32,000 nt of DNA, taken from assembly GCF_000012925.1 (NCBI RefSeq), contig NC_007517.1, positions 1,710,001 to 1,742,000 on the forward strand, written 5' to 3'. Made by a program: the position numbers and the translations under genes. Source of the DNA: Geobacter metallireducens GS-15. Its GTDB lineage: Bacteria; Desulfobacterota; Desulfuromonadia; Geobacterales; Geobacteraceae. Shown piece after piece: positions 1 through 7,196 of the stretch (the first letter of the stretch is position 1; every line of letters begins with the position of its first letter). The notes under the pieces are model-generated. The model was not told the origin of the DNA, ran no database searches, and saw only the letters and a program-made list of their open reading frames with translations.

Positions 1-203
1 CGCTGATCGTCCACCAGGGCGATGCTGAGACCGGTCACGTCGTTTTCCCGCATCTCCTTTTTGATCAGCCAGGAGACGTACTCCTTCGTGTAACCGTAAT
101 CTCCCCGTGTCAGACTGTCCGGCTTCTTCGGCATTGTAGAGCAGCCGGCGAGCACAAAGACAACCGCAATCGCGGCCATAAAAAAATGCGTCACTCTCAT
201 CAT
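1..203 (-). CDS. Lipoprotein, probable serine-hydrolase/beta-lactamase-fold protein; N-terminal part only, gene runs off the left edge
   Basis: Not in the ORF track. Reverse-strand translation from ATG at 203 gives MMRVTHFFMAAIAVVFVLAGCSTMPKKPDSLTRGDYGYTKEYVSWLIKKEMRENDVTGLSIALVDDQ. It has a lipobox (L-A-G-C) and a GAAGGGA Shine-Dalgarno sequence just upstream. The 'GLSIALV.D' stretch resembles N-termini of class-C beta-lactamase-fold hydrolases, so the family call is tentative. Confidence 0.6.
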   Translation of the reverse strand, partial: MMRVTHFFMAAIAVVFVLAGCSTMPKKPDSLTRGDYGYTKEYVSWLIKKEMRENDVTGLSIALVDDQ

Positions 204-378
204 TGTTCCCTTCTTTTTACGTCAAGACTAGCCTCTCGTCGCCGAGGCTGAACCGGGCAGCGCCCTCTGGCCTTCCTGTCTCATGGGGAAAAGTTCGTTA
301 CGAAAAACGCAGCGCGCTAGGATCAGATGTAGGCGAGCGGAGATAGAACGATTCCGTATTTTTTGCCATGGGGAACTC

Positions 379-1179
379 TCACAGGAACATTTCCGGCTCT
401 TTCCGGCTTCGGCAGCTCGAACTCAACTGTTCAGCCACCTGCCGTACGTGCGGATCAGTCATTGTTCGTGCCCCAGCGGAACAACCCTTGATACAGGCGC
501 AGCACCTGATGCAGATACTTGGGTCCGTTGCCACCTTGTCCTGAAGGACAATCGCCCCGGTCGGACATGCTGAAACGCACCGTACGCATTTTGTGCATGC
601 AGCCTCTTGGGTAACAGGAGATATGCTTGAAAACAAACCCGACTCCCTGTAGGGGAAGTTCCCCGGCACCTGAAGCAGAGATATGTCTCCGAAATCTTCC
701 ATCATCCCCATTTTCTCCCTGATCATTCTCCCAAAGTCCCTGGCCGCCCTCAAGTCCTCCGTATCAGGTCGCCCGACGGCGATCGGCGTGGCAACTGTAG
801 AATATGAATGCTCCCCGATAAAGGCCCCGGCGGCAACGGGCTTGAACCCCGCTTCCAGGGCTAGGTCCCAAAGTTCCAGCAGGGCATCCTCGTACGCTCT
901 GTTCCCATACACGACGACAATGACCGCCGGTGTACCGTTTGCCATGAGGCGCTGTAATCTGGCGGCTGCCTCGGCCGGGAGCCGTCCGGCATACACGGGG
1001 GCGCCTATGATGACCAACCCATCACGGGTATCCACTTGCCTTTGAACTGCGGCACCGGGTGGCGTCAGATCGAGGTGTTCAACATCGTCAACACCAACTC
1101 CCTTTGCAATGCCTTCCACGACCTTTCTTGTCGTCTGGGTCGGGGAGAAGTAGATCAGTCTTGTTGAGTTTATTGCCAT
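379..1179 (-). CDS. Flavodoxin-like domain fused to a 2x[4Fe-4S] ferredoxin domain (EFR1-type ferredoxin/flavodoxin family)
   Basis: Track ORF 379..1251. The N-terminus 'RLIYFSPTQTTRKV' is flavodoxin-like. The C-terminus carries two Cys clusters, CTKCVRCVSACP and CIRCCACIKGC. The start was moved to the ATG at 1179 (MAINS...), which lies 6 nt after AGAGGG; ATGs at 1185 and 1200 are alternatives. Confidence 0.75.
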   Translation of the reverse strand: MAINSTRLIYFSPTQTTRKVVEGIAKGVGVDDVEHLDLTPPGAAVQRQVDTRDGLVIIGAPVYAGRLPAEAAARLQRLMANGTPAVIVVVYGNRAYEDALLELWDLALEAGFKPVAAGAFIGEHSYSTVATPIAVGRPDTEDLRAARDFGRMIREKMGMMEDFGDISLLQVPGNFPYRESGLFSSISPVTQEAACTKCVRCVSACPTGAIVLQDKVATDPSICIRCCACIKGCSAGARTMTDPHVRQVAEQLSSSCRSRKEPEMFL

Positions 1180-1207
1180 GTTCATCCCTCTTTCGATCAT
1201 TATAGGA

Positions 1208-1696
1208 TCACCGCGAAAACCCGCCGGTACGCCCGCCTGCAAGCCGAACAAGATCAGCCGGCGTAACTTCCAGCGTTCGGTCAGGGCGACCGATGCCGCA
1301 GTAGACGGTCGGCAGGATCGTCAGCACCTCGTCATCAATGAGCGCGGTGGCATTCTCCCAAAGCGACATGGGCGAGACACTTCCCGGCTCCACACCAAGA
1401 AATTCTCTTACCTCCTCCGGCGAAAGGGGTGCGAGGTCGCGGCGGCTTACCCCGATCAAGGCTGCGAGATTTGGATAATCAACCCTTCTGGTGCCCCGGA
1501 GAACAGCCAGAACGAGCCCGCCGCTCCTGATGCGAAAAGCCACGGTCTTAACAATCCGTGATACGTCGAACGTCAGATTTCGGCCCGCCTCTTCCACTGT
1601 CCGCGTTGCCGCATGGGCATGGAGAACAAACGGTATGCCGCTCTTCTCGACGGTCTCCATGAAGGCGCTGAATGCCTCCCCGGCCACAAAGTCCAC
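1208..1696 (-). CDS. YbaK/EbsC-type aminoacyl-tRNA editing (deacylase) domain protein
   Basis: 162-aa ORF. 'VKTVAFRIRSGGLVLAVLRGTRRVDYPNLAALIGV...LAPLSPEEVREFLGVEPGSVSP' is typical of the YbaK/ProX-like fold. The start is GTG, 7 nt after AGGA and 2 nt after the upstream stop codon. Confidence 0.7.
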   Translation of the reverse strand: MDFVAGEAFSAFMETVEKSGIPFVLHAHAATRTVEEAGRNLTFDVSRIVKTVAFRIRSGGLVLAVLRGTRRVDYPNLAALIGVSRRDLAPLSPEEVREFLGVEPGSVSPMSLWENATALIDDEVLTILPTVYCGIGRPDRTLEVTPADLVRLAGGRTGGFSR

Positions 1697-1698
1697 CG

Positions 1699-1884
1699 CT
1701 ATATCCTGTCGGAGAGCAGCGTGCCGCCAACGCCGATGTTGTCGCGCTCCAGTTCGTTGATCAGGATAATGAACTTGTCTTCTGGAATTCCCGTAATTTC
1801 GCTGGCGTCGCGGGTAAGGACCTGCACGAGTTGTGCCTTCTTTTCCTTTGTTACCGCTGCCAAATCAATGGTTATTACCGGCAT
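1699..1884 (-). CDS. 4-oxalocrotonate tautomerase family protein
   Basis: 61 aa beginning M-P-V-I (catalytic Pro1 after Met removal). Length and 'IPEDKFIILINE' match the tautomerase superfamily. AGGAGG ribosome-binding site upstream. Confidence 0.75.
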   Translation of the reverse strand: MPVITIDLAAVTKEKKAQLVQVLTRDASEITGIPEDKFIILINELERDNIGVGGTLLSDRI

Positions 1885-1933
1885 CTCTTTTCCTCCTTGT
1901 CAGTCACCAAACCTGACCAAAGGCTTGGAAAAT

Positions 1934-2782
1934 TCATAAATGGGCAGATGGCTGCCGTCGTTTAAATCGTTCCGTGAATTGCTGCCACGCCTCATCCACA
2001 CCCATTCCATATGACTTGGCGAACGAATCTCCAAATCCGTGCCCATCCTTGATGGCCAGCAGGAACGAGCGGAATCGCGCTTCGTCCAGCCGCTGCAGGT
2101 GAGCGACGAACATGCCGCTCTGGCGGTAGAACATGGGCGGTGTCAGCCCGTATGAATTGGCAAATTTCTTGAAAAAGAAACTCCCATTTGCCTCCGGTAT
2201 GATGCTCTTTCCTTTCAAAATTGCCTCGACCGCCCCTTCCTCGCTCATCTTCTCCGCTCCACCGCCACCGGAGACGACCACGGCCAACCCCTCCTGGAAC
2301 CATGAGGGGAGGGTGGCGTTGTAGCCATAGACCATGCCGAGCCGCTGCCCCAGGTGCAGGTGAGACAACTCGTGGGTCAGGATCCGCCTGATGCGGTCCG
2401 GTTCCTTCCTCAGCCCCCCGGAGAGAAATATCTTCAGGATCACGGCGCCGCGTACTTCTTTCGGCACCCCGGTAAATGCGGCAAAGCTCTCCTCGTCCCG
2501 CGTGACGTAGACCTCAACCGGCCCCGCGAATGGGCCATGCTGCTCCCTTTCCACCGTGGCAATGGCTTCGGCCAGCTCTTTGGCGGCAACCGTTGCCACG
2601 TCCTCGGCCCCCGGCTCCGCGAAGACGCGTCGATCGGTTCCCGTCGGAACGAACTCGGCGGTGGATTTCAAGGCGGCAACGCTGCTCCGCATTAGGGAAC
2701 AGCCGAAGATATTCGTTGCGAGCACGAGTAGCACGAGGAGTCTCGACAAGGTAGTCATCCAATCCGTTACTCTCGCAGACAT
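1934..2782 (-). CDS. Secreted/lipoprotein zinc metallopeptidase (HExxH, MA-clan-like), function unknown
   Basis: 282 aa. The signal peptide ends in lipobox-like 'NIFGCS'. An HELSH(LH) zinc-binding motif is present. The start could also be Met9 (2758). Confidence 0.6.
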   Translation of the reverse strand: MSARVTDWMTTLSRLLVLLVLATNIFGCSLMRSSVAALKSTAEFVPTGTDRRVFAEPGAEDVATVAAKELAEAIATVEREQHGPFAGPVEVYVTRDEESFAAFTGVPKEVRGAVILKIFLSGGLRKEPDRIRRILTHELSHLHLGQRLGMVYGYNATLPSWFQEGLAVVVSGGGGAEKMSEEGAVEAILKGKSIIPEANGSFFFKKFANSYGLTPPMFYRQSGMFVAHLQRLDEARFRSFLLAIKDGHGFGDSFAKSYGMGVDEAWQQFTERFKRRQPSAHL

Positions 2783-2791
2783 GTGTGCTTC

Positions 2792-3688
2792 TCACTGTTT
2801 ATGCAGGTAGCGGGCCTTCAGATTGGCGGGAATCATCCACTCCGCCAGAGTCCGCTTGGGCAGCACCTTCGCGAGCTGCGCAGCAACGGTGTCGACATCC
2901 TTGCCCGTTGCCACCAGATCCCGTGCCTTGGCGTCGAAAAGCCGCAAGTATTCCTTCATCTCCTGCAGATCCTTTTTCGTCGAAAGGGGGCCGTGACCCG
3001 GGACGATTCGCTCCACGTCCATGGCGAGAATGGCGTCGAGGGTCTTTGCCCAGTTGGGGAGGTCGCCGTCGGCAAAGAAGGGGTGGAAATCGGTGAAGAG
3101 GATATCGCCGCTGAAGAGGAGTTTCTGTGCCGGCAGGTAGACAATGGTGCTCCCCGCGGTATGGGAAGGGGCGATACGGAGCAGTTCCACCGTCTCGCCC
3201 CCCAGGTCGATGGTCAGTCGGTCGCTGAACGTCAGCGACGGCAGGACGATCTCGGTGCCGACCATGTCTTCCGGTTTCAGCCCATAGTCGCCGGCTTTTC
3301 TGAGAATCTCGGCCCCGTTTTGGGCCAGCGAGGACCGCTCGGCTTCATGGGAGATGATGGTAGCGCCTTCCCTGGCAAAGACGCAGTTGCCCAAGGCATG
3401 GTCCAGGTGGATGTGGGTGTCGACCACATAGCGGATCGGCTTGGTCGTGACCTTGCGGATGTCGGCGAGGAACCGCTCCCCCTCCTTGGCTGAGAGCAGG
3501 GTATCCACAACCAGCACGCCGTCGCGGCCGATGACGATCCCGGCGTTGGCGGCAAAGCTGTGAGTTGGCGAGGCATCCGTCGCCCCCACGTAGGAGTATA
3601 CGTTGTCGCTGATTTTGGTGAGATCGGCCAAAGCCGGTGTTGCCAGCATCAGGACCAGGATTGGAAACAGCAGGAAGTGCCTTTTCAT
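2792..3688 (-). CDS. Secreted metallo-beta-lactamase-fold hydrolase
   Basis: Track ORF 2792..3724 starts at TTG. The ATG at 3688 (MKRHFLLFPILVLMLATPALA, a clear signal peptide) lies 6 nt after GAGAGGAGAA. MBL motifs seen: 'THIHLDHALG' (HxHxDH), 'PSHTAG', 'FSGDILF' and 'VPGHGP'. Confidence 0.8.
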   Translation of the reverse strand: MKRHFLLFPILVLMLATPALADLTKISDNVYSYVGATDASPTHSFAANAGIVIGRDGVLVVDTLLSAKEGERFLADIRKVTTKPIRYVVDTHIHLDHALGNCVFAREGATIISHEAERSSLAQNGAEILRKAGDYGLKPEDMVGTEIVLPSLTFSDRLTIDLGGETVELLRIAPSHTAGSTIVYLPAQKLLFSGDILFTDFHPFFADGDLPNWAKTLDAILAMDVERIVPGHGPLSTKKDLQEMKEYLRLFDAKARDLVATGKDVDTVAAQLAKVLPKRTLAEWMIPANLKARYLHKQ

Positions 3689-3770
3689 CAATGGTTCTCC
3701 TCTCGAGCATTTCGGTACGGCCAATCATTTGCCGGAATGATGCACTATATGTTAATGTCCCCTAAAAATC

Positions 3771-3790
3771 ACCTGTCCATTGGGACAGTG
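3771..3790. promoter_or_regulatory. lux-box-like palindrome (CTG-N10-CAG core) in the divergent MBL/LuxR intergenic region
   Basis: The sequence is ACCTGTCCATTGGGACAGTG. The inverted repeat CTGTCC-N4-GGACAG is perfect, and 12/20 positions are identical to the Vibrio lux box ACCTGTAGGATCGTACAGGT as I recall it. It sits 17 nt upstream of the LuxR ATG and about 90 nt upstream of the MBL ATG. Confidence 0.4.
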
Positions 3791-3806
3791 ACAATGAGGT
3801 ATATAG

Positions 3807-4547
3807 ATGGAGTGGCTATCACGGAGGGAGGCGGTGAGGCTGCTGGAGCTGATAGATGCATCCAGAAGCTGTGCCGATATGGAAAGGCTCAAACGGCTGT
3901 TCCATTCGCTCAACGATCTTCTATCTTTTGATATGGCCGTTTGTGGTACCGCACGCTTTGACGGAGCCGGGACCATGAATGCCCAGCAGATCATCAACAT
4001 ATCTTACCCCGAGGAGTGGCTCAGTCTTTATGCTGAACATGATTTTGCCGCGGTAGACCCAGTGGTACGCGCACATATAGCAGATTTCTCGGCTAAGCCT
4101 TGGAGCGAAGCATACCTCAAGTGGGGACGTCCGCAGCCATTTCTTTCCCTGGCGGAGGATTTCGGAATCCGCAAGGGTTATAGTTTCGGGGTCTTGTCAT
4201 CAAACGACAGGACAGCAAGCATCTTCTCCCTTTGCGTCAGCGAGAAATACCCAGTGCATACCCCCCAAATACTCGACATCCTGGCCCCGTATTTTCACGA
4301 GGCCCTGCGACGAACCGTGCAGACCGATCTGCCGTCCGCCTGTCTCGCCACCCTTACACCGCGTGAAATCGAGGTGATTAGCTGGCTGGCCAACGGCAAG
4401 AACTACTGGGAAATATCGGTCATACTCGGAATCAGCGAACGGACCGTAAAGTTCCATACTTCAACCATTGTGCAGAAGCTCGGAGCAGCAAACAGATCTC
4501 ACGCTGTGGCTATAGCCATATCAACCGGTTTGATATCTCTGGCTTGA
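3807..4547 (+). CDS. LuxR-family transcriptional regulator with an autoinducer (AHL)-binding-type N-domain; no luxI in the window (LuxR solo)
   Basis: 246 aa. W71-x3-Y75-x8-D84-P85-x13-W99 reproduces the spacing of the invariant TraR residues W57/Y61/D70/P71/W85. The C-terminal GerE/LuxR HTH reads 'LTPREIEVISWLANGKNYWEISVILGISERTVKFH'. GAGG lies 7 nt upstream of the ATG. Confidence 0.85.
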   Translation: MEWLSRREAVRLLELIDASRSCADMERLKRLFHSLNDLLSFDMAVCGTARFDGAGTMNAQQIINISYPEEWLSLYAEHDFAAVDPVVRAHIADFSAKPWSEAYLKWGRPQPFLSLAEDFGIRKGYSFGVLSSNDRTASIFSLCVSEKYPVHTPQILDILAPYFHEALRRTVQTDLPSACLATLTPREIEVISWLANGKNYWEISVILGISERTVKFHTSTIVQKLGAANRSHAVAIAISTGLISLA

Positions 4548-4666
4548 TGTTGGGAGGGGAATACTCTTGCAGTGAAAAAGTTGTGTGCCGGTGTCACCAT
4601 TGAGATTGCTCATGACTCCCTCCCAAATGTTCGGATGCACAGGCCAATTGGATACATGCGCAAACT

Positions 4667-5884
4667 TCACCAGCTCCGGCGGATTGCCATGCGCAGGCGC
4701 CGGGCGGCATCCAGGGCGCCGAAGCCGCCGGCACCCGACCCGTAGGGGGCTTCTCCCCCCATTGTCAGCTTCCATACGTCGGTAATGTTGTAGGAAAGCT
4801 CAGCCTTGACGAGGCCGTCGCCATGCTTCAGCCCCACACTCCAGACCGTCTTCCACTCCCCCCACTCCTCGGTGCGGGTCCAGGCCGTGATGAGCGCAGG
4901 AAGGATTGCCCTATCGAAGAGCAAGATCTCATCCACCGGCGGATCGATGGCATTCCCGGCCAGGGTCATGAGCAGCGTGCCGTCGCCAAAGGCTTTTTCG
5001 GCGCTCAGCGACCCGATGGCCGCATTGCCCAGGTGATCGTTTCTGGAGAAGAGCCCGGCAACTTCCCCCCGGATGACCCACGCCCCCACTACCCGTGACA
5101 GCTCGATACCTATCCCCTCTTCCTCTGCATAGCGGCGTTCCACGGGAATCTCGATGCCGCCGGAAGTCTCCACGGCCTGATCCGTGCGGAATTCCAGGAT
5201 GGGTGCCGGACGGATGCCGGCGCGCACCCACCCCCCCACATCCCACTGGCCGAAGGTGGCCAGAAGGCGGATGGCGCCGAACCCGAGCACCGGCGGCGAG
5301 CTATCCATTTCTCTCAAGGACACCCCCCGGGGAATTTCTCCGTTGATGGGCGCATTTCTGCTGCCGAGCACCGGCAGGCGCCACGGCGTGGTGACCGGGC
5401 AGCCCACGGCCTCGTAACGCACGTCTCCCTTCTGCCCCGAAAGCCGGAGTGCCCACAAGGGGAGCTTTTCGTCGGCATACGGATCGGTCAGATCCCGTGG
5501 AAGAAAGGCGTCGGCCGGGGAGTAACCGTCCGTCTTTCCCCAGCCCAGCTGGAAACGCCCCATCTGCAGGTCGATTTCCGGAGAAAGGGGCAGGCGCAGC
5601 CAGAAGTCCTGCACCGAAAACGGGGGACGGCGGAAATGCCGGTCCGCCGGGTCCAGGAGACGTACTCCCTGGTCGTCGGTTGAAAGCCACTCCCCCCGCA
5701 GGGATGCGGTCAGCCGGGCTTCGCCCAGCTTTTCCTCCCACTTGTTGAAAAGGGTTCCCCAGCCGTCTACAGATGGGCTTTGACCGCGAGCCCGTTCGGG
5801 ATAGACGAACCCCTTTGCCTCGGCGTAACCGGAAAACTCTCCGGCCACGGCAGGGGAAGAGAACAGCGAAACGAACAGAATCAT
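4667..5884 (-). CDS. Outer-membrane beta-barrel protein, DUF1302-like
   Basis: Track ORF 4667..6049. The start was moved to the ATG at 5884 (MILFVSLFSSPAVAGE signal peptide), because the longer form would overlap the upstream gene by more than 140 nt. 'MGRFQLGWGKTDGYSPADAF' resembles the DUF1302 signature. The sequence shows alternating amphipathic strands and a C-terminal aromatic residue (…RRSW). Confidence 0.6.
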   Translation of the reverse strand: MILFVSLFSSPAVAGEFSGYAEAKGFVYPERARGQSPSVDGWGTLFNKWEEKLGEARLTASLRGEWLSTDDQGVRLLDPADRHFRRPPFSVQDFWLRLPLSPEIDLQMGRFQLGWGKTDGYSPADAFLPRDLTDPYADEKLPLWALRLSGQKGDVRYEAVGCPVTTPWRLPVLGSRNAPINGEIPRGVSLREMDSSPPVLGFGAIRLLATFGQWDVGGWVRAGIRPAPILEFRTDQAVETSGGIEIPVERRYAEEEGIGIELSRVVGAWVIRGEVAGLFSRNDHLGNAAIGSLSAEKAFGDGTLLMTLAGNAIDPPVDEILLFDRAILPALITAWTRTEEWGEWKTVWSVGLKHGDGLVKAELSYNITDVWKLTMGGEAPYGSGAGGFGALDAARRLRMAIRRSW

Positions 5885-5907
5885 GCAAAGCCGAAAAGGA
5901 TATCCGT

Positions 5908-6714
5908 TCAATCGCCCCCCTCGCGATTGAGATTCTGCAGGGTGAAGCGGCCCACGGGCTGGGGCTTGTCGTAGCTGATCCGGTCCAGGACGACAGTCGT
6001 CCTGCTTCCTTTCCTGAGGTCGCTCATCTCCCATTTTTTGGCGACCCAATGCCCCTCCAGATGCTGCAGGTCGGAAAGGGTGAAAATCTTGCTCGGCTGC
6101 TTATCCCCTTTCCGATAGAGGTCCATGCGCAGCAGGTAGAGGATGTCCTTGCGCAGGTAGAGGATCTTCTTCTCGTACACGGACCTGCCGGCCCCTTCCA
6201 GGGGGAATGCCGCAATTACGTAGCAGGGCTGGCCGTCAACGGTCTGCTCCCCCTGGAGCGTCACCCTGTATTTTTCGTGGTCGAACTCCTCCATGTCCTC
6301 ATAGTTGAAATCGGTTCCCACGAACGAGGCGTCCCGGTCCTGGGCCGCGATGCGCCGCTCCCGCTTCATTGAGGGAAGGTACAGCCACTGGTCGTCATTC
6401 TGCCCCGCCGGCCGGGAAATGGAGAGGAAGCCGACCTCCTTCACCTCGGGGGGATCGGTAAAGCGGGTCAGGGTCTTGGCGTCACCGGCATATCCCTGGC
6501 GATAACTCTTCCACCCCTTCTTGCGCACCTTCCCCTCCCTGTTGACGACGGCAAGATTGCCGGAATACTGCTGGGTCTTGGAACGGTGGCGGTTTTCAGA
6601 CTCCTTGAGCAGCGCCCGGGCATCCGGGGCCGCGAAGACGGTTCCTGCCAAGAGGGCTGAAATAACCGCAGCAATGACAACCAATGATGTGACCATGGTT
6701 TTCTTGTTACTCAT
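5908..6714 (-). CDS. Periplasmic LolA-like 'outer-membrane lipoprotein-sorting' family protein
   Basis: 268 aa. The Sec signal peptide (…LLAGTVFA/APD) has no lipobox Cys. The length and the 'RFTDPPEVKEVGFL…WLYLPSMKRERRI…FVGTDFNYEDM' pattern match the LolA_like/DUF1329-type fold. GAGGAG ribosome-binding site upstream. Confidence 0.6.
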   Translation of the reverse strand: MSNKKTMVTSLVVIAAVISALLAGTVFAAPDARALLKESENRHRSKTQQYSGNLAVVNREGKVRKKGWKSYRQGYAGDAKTLTRFTDPPEVKEVGFLSISRPAGQNDDQWLYLPSMKRERRIAAQDRDASFVGTDFNYEDMEEFDHEKYRVTLQGEQTVDGQPCYVIAAFPLEGAGRSVYEKKILYLRKDILYLLRMDLYRKGDKQPSKIFTLSDLQHLEGHWVAKKWEMSDLRKGSRTTVVLDRISYDKPQPVGRFTLQNLNREGGD

Positions 6715-6769
6715 CTCTGTCTCCTCGAAAGGTACCTGTCATGGATATTTGTCTCAGCAATCGCCGCGG

Positions 6770-7177
6770 TCACCCCTGCATTGTCAACGGCACACCATAG
6801 GCCGCCGCCAGAACAACGAAGCTGACAATCAGAAAGTAGTGCAAGGGCAGGAGCCTTCCCAATTCCGGTATCTGCGCCGGCCGGAAATAGACCACCTGCC
6901 AGATTAGCCGGAACAGCCAGAAGGAGGCGTAGAAGGTGCTCATGGCAACACCCAGCGGCGTGCCTCCGGCCAGTTCGCTCGTATGGAAGAGGGAAGCGTA
7001 GGCAAAGAACAGGAACATGGGAATCAGAAACAAATGAATCGTGTAGAGTACCCGTGCCGTCAGTATCTTAGTCCCGGCGAAATCCTCCCGCCAGCCGAAC
7101 CCCCGGTAAAAAGAACAGTGACCGATCCCCACCAGGGCGGAGAGAATTCCGCCGATTTTTATCGCTACTTCTGCCAT
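6770..7177 (-). CDS. Small integral membrane protein (about 4 TM helices), unknown function
   Basis: 135 aa, very hydrophobic, in-operon between the permease and the LolA-like gene. No recognisable motif. Confidence 0.55.
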   Translation of the reverse strand: MAEVAIKIGGILSALVGIGHCSFYRGFGWREDFAGTKILTARVLYTIHLFLIPMFLFFAYASLFHTSELAGGTPLGVAMSTFYASFWLFRLIWQVVYFRPAQIPELGRLLPLHYFLIVSFVVLAAAYGVPLTMQG

Positions 7178-7196
7178 AGCGTTTCTTCCTCCTGAT

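Noticed and set aside
283-573. 96-aa plus-strand ORF overlapping the 3' end of the flavodoxin/ferredoxin gene
   Set aside because: It is Arg/Cys/Ser-rich with no ribosome-binding site. It overlaps the Cys-cluster region of a convincing minus-strand gene.
4550-4626. 9-bp inverted repeat TTGGGAGGG … CCCTCCCAA separated by about 58 nt between the convergent LuxR and barrel genes
   Set aside because: The arms are short, the loop is very large and shows no further pairing, and there is no U-tract. This is not convincing as a terminator or structured RNA.
5885-6049. N-terminal extension of the beta-barrel ORF (the track gives 460 aa)
   Set aside because: The extension is Arg/Pro/Gln-rich and overlaps the 3' end of the LolA-like gene by more than 140 nt. 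The internal ATG at 5884 is followed at once by a signal peptide.
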